Shown in pieces: positions 38,421-46,233 of a DNA stretch of 64,000 bases. The notes beneath the pieces were generated by a model, which did not search any database, was not told the DNA's origin, and was given only the letters and a program-made list of their open reading frames with translations. Numbering within the stretch: position 1 is the first letter of the stretch; the number at the start of each line of letters is the position of its first letter. The DNA comes from a virus (lineage: Duplodnaviria; Caudoviricetes): the IMG/VR virus record IMGVR_UViG_3300033463_000015; one strand, 5' to 3'. Position numbers and translations under genes: made by a program.

Positions 38421-39362
38421 ATGGGCGTATATACAGCAACTGATTTACGACAAATGTAGTCTTTACCATTAGAGGCTAAAATCGTAAAATCTCAAGAACG
38501 GATCAAAGAATATTATGATTACTTCAATGGTGAAGTATACGTATCATTTTCGGGCGGAAAGGACAGCACAGTTCTTCTTCATTTGGTAAGACAACTTTAT
38601 CCAGAAGTAAGAGCAATGTTTGTCGATACTGGACTTGAATACCCAGAAGTAAAAGAGTTCGTAAAGCAGCACGAAAATGTCAGTATTGTGCGGCCAGCAA
38701 AAACGTATAAGCAAGTTATTGAACGCTTTGGCTATCCAATGATTAGTAAAATGACTGCTAATTGTATCGCTACGGCTCGCCGCGATCCGAATTCAACTCG
38801 CGCAAAATATCTTACTGGAGAAATTCCAACAAAAGCATTTGGCTATGGCAATGGTCGATGGTGGCATATGGTAACAGATGCTCCATTCAACACAAGTGGT
38901 TATTGTTGTGAAGTAATGAAAAAACAACCTGCCCATAAATTCAATCGAGAAACTGGACTAGTTCCAATGATAGCTACATTGGCTGATGAATCAGTCAATC
39001 GGCGGCTGACTTGGTATAAAGAAGGTTGTAATAGTTTCAAAGGTAAGGATTCTCAAAGTAAGCCTTTATCATTCTGGACCGATCAGGATATATATCATTA
39101 TATAAAAGATAATAATATTCCTTATTGTCCTATATATGGTGATATTATAGAAAATGAAAAAGGCGAACTAGTAACAACTGGTGTTGAACGCACAGGTTGT
39201 ATCTTCTGCGGTTTCGGCGCGCATCTTGAAAAAGAACCTAATCGTTTCCAACAGCTAAAAGAAACCCATCCAAAATTGTGGGATTATTGTATGCGGCCAT
39301 TGGAAGAAAATGGATTAGGTATGCGTGAAGTTTGCGAATTTATGAAAATTCCAATTGAGTGA
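38421..39362 (+). CDS. PAPS-reductase-family (PP-loop) protein
   Basis: SFSGGKDS, DTGLEYPE, CCEVMKK and RTGCIFCGFG; single TAG at codon 13. Confidence 0.85.
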
Positions 39363-39377
39363 GAAATCACTCTTTGA

Positions 39378-39451
39378 TGGCCCTTAGCTCATCAGGTTAG
39401 AGCAGCAGTCTTATAAACTGCAGGTGCTGGGTTCGACTCCCAGAGGGCCTA
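39378..39451 (+). tRNA. tRNA-Ile(TAT)
   Basis: GCAGT-CTTATAA-ACTGC. Confidence 0.85.
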
Positions 39452-39530
39452 CTATCAAATATTTGAAATATAGCAGTCAAATATTTGACTTTTCTCAAAA
39501 TTGTGCTATAATATATATGTAAACAAGGAA

Positions 39531-40117
39531 AGGAGATATTAGGTTAGTAAATTTTGAACCAAGTGAAGATGTGCTAACCACACAGCTTGGGCTATCCGTA
39601 TAGTAGCTGTCACTGCCCGAAGGATACTTTTGGTTAAACAGCCGCCAAAACAGCAATGTTAGGCGATAAAGGAGAAACTCCAAATACTAAGGATAGGCGC
39701 TTGGGTGTTCGCAATCAAAAGCACTTTTCCTCTCGGCTACATAATAGAAAGCTTGTTGAACAGACGAGCCGAATCCAGATAAGGCATTGGGGTGGTAGCC
39801 AATGCAAACTCTGGAAATACCATAAGTAGCTATCGGCGTTGATGAAAGCCGGAAACGGCATATAAGAGAGGTTTGTGGTGGGAGTAGGCCAAAGCGACGT
39901 ACAAGTAATATTGAATAAAAGAATTATTGAATATTGCTGAATGGTTTGGCTGAAACTTGAAGGTAGTCAATCCTTCCTACACACGGCGAAAGCGGATCGA
40001 AGAAGCTATGGGATCGCTACCTATGGCTCAGCCTTCGGTTCTGTAGTGGCTGAATATGATTGAAGAATTACTCGGGTACGGCGAAGGTCGCAACAGTTTA
40101 CTAACCTAATATCTCCT
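39531..40117 (+). ncRNA. Large structured RNA, probably ROOL class (587 nt)
   Basis: Own promoter; 21-bp perfect terminal inverted repeat; no ORF; size, tRNA-array context and 3' motifs resemble ROOL. Confidence 0.6.
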
Positions 40118-40142
40118 CTTTCTTTTTAACTAGGAGGCTTAT

Positions 40143-40604
40143 ATGAGACGAATTACTACAATTGTTCTTACGCTATGTTGCTTGCTAATGCCATTGGCCG
40201 CTCTGGGAGACAGTAGCCGTTCTCCTACATTAGATGCTTTATGGTACGCGGAACCAACACTACAGTTTCAGCTAATTAATAATATGGATGAATATGCTGA
40301 ATATCTAGAACTTATTTCAACCTATTATGACCTTGAGGGCTTCACAGAAATGGTTCTAGGAACAGATAAATTTCATATTGTTGATATGATTATCGTTACT
40401 TTAGACCAGACATATGGACGTGTTGTATGGCATACCCCCTATGGCTTTACAACTACTGATAATATCTGTGTCTTTATGATTTCTACGAATCTTTGGCAGG
40501 GATATGTAATGAATGCCAATGGTGATAGAAATGATAATCTAATTGTAAATTATAGTGAAGTGTCTCCGGGTACTTACTTTATGATTATCTATGCGGCTGA
40601 TTAA
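40143..40604 (+). CDS. Secreted/membrane-anchored hypothetical protein
   Basis: N-terminal signal-peptide-like segment. Confidence 0.65.
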   Translation: MRRITTIVLTLCCLLMPLAALGDSSRSPTLDALWYAEPTLQFQLINNMDEYAEYLELISTYYDLEGFTEMVLGTDKFHIVDMIIVTLDQTYGRVVWHTPYGFTTTDNICVFMISTNLWQGYVMNANGDRNDNLIVNYSEVSPGTYFMIIYAAD

Positions 40605-40636
40605 ATCAGTCGCGTTTTTTATTAGGAGTGAAAGAT

Positions 40637-41578
40637 ATGCCATTACCAGTATTATTTGCAGGAACAAGGCCACTTGGCAGAGCAGAAAATATTACCGCAT
40701 TATATGAGGCTTATTAGGGACTGAAAAAATATATTCAAGTTAGCGGAAGTAACGACCATCCAGAAATACGTTCTGGCAATTATAGAGTTTTAATTATTGA
40801 TGACTTTGGCTGTCGCAATCCTGGTAAATGTATTTTACTATGGCACGCTATTTAGGGCGGCAAATATATCGGTCTTAATTAGCCATTCCCTTATACTTCA
40901 TAGCAAAATATAAATAAAATTGATTATATTATTGCCGCAGGTGATGACGCTATTCCAATGTGGTAGCAATGTACTAATTTAGCCGCAGATAAAATTTTGC
41001 CGCTAGGAATGCCACGAACCGATTAGTTTATTGGCAAAACAAAAGGTGATGGGCATACATTATTGGCTAATAAAAAAGCTTATTTATATGCTCCTACTTT
41101 TAGACTTTCTAGTGAGCCATTATTCTTTTAGTTAGATTATGATTGGTTAGATAAACAATTAACTGATGATGAGATATTCGCAGTAAAAGCACATATGGTT
41201 GGAAAGAAAATTTTATCTAAAAAATATAATCATATTGTGGAAATCTCACAAAACGAGCCATCAACTCCATATTTATGTGATTGTGATGTTGTAATAACTG
41301 ATTATAGCAGCATTATATTTGATGGCTATTTACTAAATAAACCTGCTATTTTATTTGAAAAAAGTAGCGGTTATGCCGCTAGCCGTGGAATGTATATGAA
41401 TTATCCTAATGAGTATTGTTCTAAATATGCGACTAATGAATAGGAGTTATTAGATTTATTACGTTCTACTAATGAACTTACAGAAGTAGAAAGAAAATGT
41501 ATTCAACGAGTAGCGAATAAATGCGATGGAAATTCTTGCCAGCGCATTTGTGAACTAATTAAAAAGTTGAATTTTTAA
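40637..41578 (+). CDS. CDP-glycerol glycerophosphotransferase (TagF/TagB-like)
   Basis: WHA, LGMPRTD, LYAPTFR and DVVITDYSSIIFD motifs; many TAG. Confidence 0.8.
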
Positions 41579-41641
41579 AATAATTTTACTTGACTTTTCC
41601 CAAAATTATAGTATAATATAATTGTACCAAAGGGAAATGGT

Positions 41642-42200
41642 GCCGATATAGCTCAGTAGGTAGGTGCGTCTCCTTGGTTTGAAAATCTGCTTTATTATGC
41701 TTCTTTTGGGAGGATGATAAAATGGAATTAAATACCAAACAAAAAGGTAATATTACTGAAATGCAATGTGCCGTTGCTTTTATGTAGCAAGGATACAAAG
41801 TTAGCTTTCCATATGGTGAAGATTGTAAATATGATATGATTGTAGATACTGGTAAACATTTATATCGAGTACAATGTAAAACTTCATCTAAATTACCAAA
41901 TTCAGAAGAAGGATTTAAATTTAAAACTAGATCAACTGTAATTACAACTCATGGAGTAAAAACATCTGGATATTCACAAGAAGAAATAGATGTATTTGCT
42001 ACAATGTACGAAGGTCAATGCTATGTAATATCTGTAAAAGATTGTGGCGTAAATGAAAAAATTTTACGTTTCCAATATCCTAAAAATGGTCAGCATAAAG
42101 GCATTACCTTAGCTGTAGATTACAAATTGGAGCAAACTAAAGCATTTGAGTGATTTTTAAACAAAGGAGAAGGTCCCCAGTTCAAATCTGGGTATCGGCT
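41642..42200 (+). tRNA. tRNA-Thr(GGT) split by a 485-nt insert (exons 41642-41678 and 42164-42200)
   Basis: Joined exons give TCTCC-TTGGTAA-GGAGA and a canonical Thr body GCCGATA/TATCGGC. Confidence 0.85.
41722..42153 (+). CDS. PD-(D/E)XK homing-type endonuclease inside the tRNA-Thr insert
   Basis: TKQKGNITE...PYGEDCKYDMIVD...RVQCKT; TAG at codon 22. Confidence 0.8.
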
Positions 42201-42206
42201 TCATAT

Positions 42207-42279
42207 GGGGCCATAGTGATAATGGTTAGCACTACTGCCTTGCAAGCAGTGAGTCGGGGTTCGATTCCCCGTGGCTCCA
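42207..42279 (+). tRNA. tRNA-Ala(TGC)
   Basis: ACTGC-CTTGCAA-GCAGT; G3:U70. Confidence 0.9.
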
Positions 42280-42283
42280 CTTT

Positions 42284-42357
42284 CGGGATGTAGCACAGTT
42301 GGTTAGTGCAGCGCTCTGATAAGGCGAAGACCGATGGTTCAAGTCCATCCATCCCGA
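42284..42357 (+). tRNA. tRNA-Ile(GAT)
   Basis: Anticodon loop CT-GAT-AA. Confidence 0.85.
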
Positions 42358-42363
42358 TTTTAT

Positions 42364-42439
42364 GCGAGGTTAGCTCAGTTGGGAGAGCATCACGTTTACA
42401 CCGTGAGGGTCGGCGGTTCGAGCCCGTCACTTCGCACCA
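42364..42439 (+). tRNA. tRNA-Val(TAC)
   Basis: TCACG-TTTACAC-CGTGA; CCA. Confidence 0.9.
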
Positions 42440-42630
42440 GGCCAATGTAGCTACCGATAAGGAACTATGTCGAAAGAAAAGGCTCCGGAGATGTTCAGTA
42501 GGTTGAGCTCCAGAAATCAAACCTGCAGCCACAATAACCGTTGCTACGCGGGAAAATTGGACGCCCTTTAAAGTTGTTCGCGGTAGTGTGAATAACCTTC
42601 GCCACGGCGAAGTAAAATAGCCGTGGAAAT

Positions 42631-42705
42631 GCGCCATTAGTCTAAGGGATAGAACGAGTGGCTACGGACCACTAGATACGCGTTCGAGTCGTGTATGGCG
42701 TGCCA
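42631..42705 (+). tRNA. tRNA-Arg(ACG)
   Basis: AGTGG-CTACGGA-CCACT; CCA. Confidence 0.85.
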
Positions 42706-42708
42706 TAT

Positions 42709-43061
42709 GGGGTAGTTTTGGTTTCGACAGGTTATGAATGGTATTGAAATCACGGGTAGGCGGCGCACCTTACGCAGCAAACAATTGAACTGACAACGAT
42801 TATTTCTATAGCGAACTAAAGGCTGCTTAATTGCAGTTTCGCGCCTAAACAACAAACCTGCTAATCGGTAAATGTTTGCGGTTCAGAGATAGATTAGTAG
42901 ATTGGCTTCGGGCCAGCTGGTCTTCTCTATTCACAGTCCAACGAATAGAGTGGTGGAAGGATCATTCCCAGTTTGTCAGAACTTAAAACTGACTATCGTG
43001 TAAGTAATTTTCAATATTGGTTGTAGCTTGGACAGGGGTTCAACTCCCCTCTACTCCACCA
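42709..43061 (+). ncRNA. ssrA: tmRNA; tag (A)DNDYFYSELKAA at 42792-42830
   Basis: GGGGTAG...GGTTTCGAC 5' end; 3' T-arm and CTACTCCACCA; tag ends AA-stop. Confidence 0.9.
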
Positions 43062-43064
43062 TAT

Positions 43065-43150
43065 GCGTCGGTGTGTCCAGTGGCGAAGGCAGCGGACTGT
43101 AAATCCGTTACAAAGAAACATCGGTGGTTCGACTCCACCCCGGCGCACCA
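43065..43150 (+). tRNA. tRNA-Tyr(GTA)
   Basis: GCGGA-CTGTAAA-TCCGT; long variable arm; CCA. Confidence 0.9.
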
Positions 43151-43153
43151 TAT

Positions 43154-43226
43154 GCTCTGATAGCTCAGTTGGTAGAGCAGTAGACTGAAAATCTACGTGT
43201 GGGTAGTTCAATTCTACCTCAGAGCA
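43154..43226 (+). tRNA. tRNA-Phe(GAA)
   Basis: GTAGA-CTGAAAA-TCTAC. Confidence 0.9.
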
Positions 43227-43234
43227 TTATATAA

Positions 43235-43305
43235 GTTCCATTGGCCTATCGGTGGGGCACGACACTTTTAATGTCGGGAGACAGGTTCAACTCCTGTATG
43301 GGACA
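43235..43305 (+). tRNA. tRNA-Lys(TTT)
   Basis: CGACA-CTTTTAA-TGTCG. Confidence 0.8.
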
Positions 43306-43389
43306 CTTGAGGTAGCGTTGGAGTAATTAACCAACGAGATAATGCGCTCTCCCGCAAGCTCATATAAATTATCAGGAGAGTGATAATAT

Positions 43390-43818
43390 ATGGAGAATAC
43401 TAAAACAAAAGGACAAATTTCTGAAGCAAGAGTTTTATATGAATTTTAGAAGTATCATATACCAGTTTGTCTTCCTTGGGGAGATAATGAACGTTATGAT
43501 ATGGTTGCTGAATTTGATGGTAAATTTAATCGTATTCAAATAAAAACAGCTAATTAGGAAGAAAACGGTGCTGTATGCTGTTGGGCAAGAAGCTCAACAA
43601 ATCACACAACTAATAAAAAATTATCATCATATGAAAATGATGTTGATTACTTTGTCTTTGTTAATCAAACAAGGGACTGGCTAGCACTTGTGCCTATTGA
43701 AGAATTAAATGGGCAGAAAAGCATACGATTACGAATTAATCCACCATTAAATACTAATGGTAAAACTATAAGGTATTTTTCTGACTTCACATTTGATAAA
43801 AAATTTAATTCTCATTAA
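43390..43818 (+). CDS. Free-standing PD-(D/E)XK endonuclease (paralog of 41722-42153)
   Basis: TKTKGQISE...PWGDNERYDMVAE...RIQIKT; two TAG; missed by ORF track. Confidence 0.8.
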
Positions 43819-43837
43819 AATAAAAAGGAGAAAAAAT

Positions 43838-44005
43838 ATGCCAAAGGTAGGAGACAAAGTTCGTATTCTTTTTATGAGTGGTGAATCTCAGTATACTGGT
43901 CGTGTAGGTATCGTCAAATTCATTGATGATATGGGTTATATCCACGGAACTTGGGGCGGTTGTGCGCTAATTCCGGGAGAAGATGAATGGGAGATTATTG
44001 AATAA
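43838..44005 (+). CDS. DUF4314-like small protein
   Basis: GDKVRI...IDDMGYIHGTWG..LIPGED. Confidence 0.65.
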   Translation: MPKVGDKVRILFMSGESQYTGRVGIVKFIDDMGYIHGTWGGCALIPGEDEWEIIE

Positions 44006-44016
44006 TCTCCCTATAT

Positions 44017-44090
44017 AGGGGTATCGTTCAACGGTAGGACTACTGACTCCAAATCAGCCAATCTGTGTTCAAATCGCAGTACCCCTGCCA
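44017..44090 (+). tRNA. tRNA-Trp(CCA)
   Basis: CTGA-CTCCAAA-TCAG; CCA. Confidence 0.85.
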
Positions 44091-44093
44091 TAT

Positions 44094-44168
44094 GCATATG
44101 ATGCTCGTCGGCCGGGTGGCGGCCTGCAAAGCCGCTGTTAGTAGGTTCAACTCCTACCATATGCTCCA
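44094..44168 (+). tRNA. tRNA-Cys(GCA)
   Basis: GCGG-CCTGCAAAG-CCGC arm; U73; CCA; atypical D arm. Confidence 0.8.
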
Positions 44169-44267
44169 GATGGAGCCATTACGCTCAAGAGTTAGTATCA
44201 GCTGCTACGGCTCAAAGAGTAAAACAGATATTGCAAATAATGATGGTAAAGGCACTCCTCACCATAT

Positions 44268-44339
44268 GCCCCATTAGCTCAACGGACAGAGCCCGCGCCT
44301 TCTAAGCGCGTCATATATGTTCGACTCATATATGGGGTA
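44268..44339 (+). tRNA. tRNA-Arg(TCT)
   Basis: CGCGC-CTTCTAA-GCGCG. Confidence 0.85.
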
Positions 44340-44382
44340 CTAAGCCGCAAGGCTAAAAATAAAATAAAAGAGGTAAAAATAT

Positions 44383-44922
44383 ATGGCAGATACAAGACTA
44401 AAGATTCTACCACCTTGGACTATTGCTATTAGAAAGCTAGAAGCTCTATTTGATGGAGACCCACAGATTGCTTTTAATTGCGATTTCTCTGGTTCCCATC
44501 CAACTGTAGTTCTATCCTGTAATAATGGCGATAAGGTTACAGCACTACTTCAGATTCTTCCAGAAGAAATTAACTTTGGCAATGTTAGCCTAAAGGTTGT
44601 TGTTGATGGCACGCCAAGCAATCGTGCTTTCACCAGCAAGGTCGAGCTATTTGATGTAGCTTTCAAGGGCAATCCTTCTTATGCTTATTCCGTATGCCCT
44701 GTTGAGGAAGGCTATCAGTGGTTTGACACTACTTATGTAGTATTTAACAACTGTGTAGTACAGTTCGCGGCTGACAATCTAAACGATTGCCACGGCGTTA
44801 TCAGCACACTATATGAAACCATTGCTGATGAACTTCTAACTGGCCCCGCAACCGCTGGTGTATACTATAACACTAATGTTGAACGCGCCAATCTTGGCAT
44901 GCCTCTTGGCGAGTGGCCATAA
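44383..44922 (+). CDS. Hypothetical protein
   Basis: 179-aa ORF with GAGG RBS. Confidence 0.75.
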   Translation: MADTRLKILPPWTIAIRKLEALFDGDPQIAFNCDFSGSHPTVVLSCNNGDKVTALLQILPEEINFGNVSLKVVVDGTPSNRAFTSKVELFDVAFKGNPSYAYSVCPVEEGYQWFDTTYVVFNNCVVQFAADNLNDCHGVISTLYETIADELLTGPATAGVYYNTNVERANLGMPLGEWP

Positions 44923-44929
44923 TCCTTAA

Positions 44930-45056
44930 AATGCGGTGGCGGAATAGGTAGACGTCGTAGTTCCAAATCACAGGCTGAGTCGTAAAGGGACGAATAAAAC
45001 TGGCGAGCGAGAGCTGCCTGATCTCGTATGCGAGGTGCAAATCCTCGCCCGCATTA
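44930..45056 (+). ncRNA. tRNA-like RNA with ~75-nt domain replacing anticodon/variable arms
   Basis: AATGCGG/CCGCATT acceptor; Leu-type D arm GGCGGAATAGGTAGACG; T arm GCGAGG-TGCAAAT-CCTCGC. Confidence 0.65.
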
Positions 45057-45057
45057 T

Positions 45058-45130
45058 GCCGAATTAGCTCAATTGGCTAGAGCCACCGCCTTGTAAGCGG
45101 TAGATACGGGTCCGAGTCCCGAATTCGGCT
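45058..45130 (+). tRNA. tRNA-Thr(TGT)
   Basis: ACCGC-CTTGTAA-GCGGT. Confidence 0.85.
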
Positions 45131-45151
45131 TTCAATTTTAGGAGGCATAAT

Positions 45152-45649
45152 ATGTTTGATATTGAAGAAAATAAGCGTCTCTGCGACACATATCCCTTCC
45201 TTATTCCCTTCAATCGCTTCAGCGGCAAGCGTATTAACTGTGGCGAAAAAGGTTACTGGCCCGGTAATCCTGATGAGTATCCGCCAGAATGGAACTATGA
45301 ATATACAGAACTTGATGATATGCCAGATGGATGGCGTGATGCTTTTGGTGAACAATTGTGCTTTGAAATTAAACAAGCTTTGCTTGATGAAGGTGGCGAA
45401 AAGCTTCTTGATGAGTATCGCGTTGACCAAATTAAAGAAAAATATGGCACTTTAAGATGGTATGATAATTTTAGCACCAAACGCATTCAAGATATTCTTG
45501 AAAAATATGAAAATTTAAGTGCTCGCACTTGTATTAAATGCGGCAAGCCTGCTACTAAATTAAGCCGCGGGTGGATTGCCCCTTGGTGTGATGAATGCGG
45601 CAATGATGAAGATGAAGCGTATATGAGTTTAGACAATGCTTTTATTTGA
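45152..45649 (+). CDS. Conserved phage protein (QIKEKYGTLRWY family)
   Basis: QIKEKYGTLRWY and CIKCG...WCDEC motifs. Confidence 0.75.
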   Translation: MFDIEENKRLCDTYPFLIPFNRFSGKRINCGEKGYWPGNPDEYPPEWNYEYTELDDMPDGWRDAFGEQLCFEIKQALLDEGGEKLLDEYRVDQIKEKYGTLRWYDNFSTKRIQDILEKYENLSARTCIKCGKPATKLSRGWIAPWCDECGNDEDEAYMSLDNAFI

Positions 45650-45789
45650 CTTTTGATAAAAAATTTGATATAATATATATAGAAAGTAGGAAATCAGCGA
45701 GTTCTCCCACGAATAAAGTTAGCGCTGTAAAGGGTGGGAACGGTAGGCAGATAGAAGTTGTGAGGTCGCTGATAGGCAACAGATGAAAT

Positions 45790-46052
45790 AGCCCCGTAGT
45801 TGAATGGTACAACACCGGTCTCTAGCCTTAATTGGAGCCTTATATGGAGACGTATAAGTGAAAATGCCGCTAATTCGGTGAAAGCTTAACTGCTAACCCC
45901 GAGCAAGGAGAAATCCGTGTGTAGAGACTTTACACGGCACATCTAGAACAGATGAAGATAAAGTCCGGACCACGATGTGAAAACAATGTGGTGAAGAAAA
46001 CCGTAATATCCCTCTGACGGAGGTTGTCTGGGTTCGAATCCCAGCGGGGCCG
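45790..46052 (+). tRNA. Amber suppressor tRNA (CTA) interrupted by a group I intron
   Basis: Exons 45790-45823 + 45997-46052 give CGGT-CT-CTA-AA-ACCG; long variable arm; G73. Confidence 0.75.
45824..45996 (+). ncRNA. Group I intron (173 nt)
   Basis: Core elements AATTCGGTGAAAG / AACCCCGAGC / GTAGAGACT / AAGATAAAGTCC; IGS GGAG pairs exon CTCT with U.G at splice site; terminal G. Confidence 0.85.
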
Positions 46053-46054
46053 TC

Positions 46055-46203
46055 GCGACACTGTAGGCTTAGAAGTAGCCATCAGCTAAAGAGTTTATAT
46101 GCCTCCATTCGTGCGAAATGTATTATGGGCTACAAAAATTGTCCTATAAGTATGATGTGCGGTGGACAAAAGGTAAAATAATTTGGTGTAATAACACAGT
46201 CGC
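46055..46203 (+). ncRNA. 23S rRNA GTPase-associated-centre (L11-binding H43/H44) mimic RNA
   Basis: CTGTAGGCTTAGAAGTAGCCATCAGCTAAAGAG...GTGTAATAAC, closed by GCGAC/GTCGC. Confidence 0.75.
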
Positions 46204-46233
46204 ATTTTAGAAGCGTGAAAACGCTTCTTGTAT

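Noticed and set aside
34333-40117. RNase P RNA among the large non-coding blocks
   Set aside because: Could not find the paired P4 signature sequences
41679-42163. Archaeal bulge-helix-bulge or group I intron in tRNA-Thr
   Set aside because: Junction is a near-continuous helix without 3-nt bulges, and no P/Q/R/S elements were seen
44970-45000. Hammerhead ribozyme (CTGAG...GAA) in the tRNA-like insert
   Set aside because: Lacks the CUGANGA and GAAA core
45790-46052. Reading the interrupted tRNA as Ser(CGA)
   Set aside because: Would need an exon ending in C and an intron ending in A, violating group I U.G and terminal-G rules; P1 pairing supports CUA
46055-46203. Host rRNA contamination or chimeric assembly
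   Set aside because: Only H43/H44 present, split by an insertion, with compensatory changes and phage tRNAs on both sides
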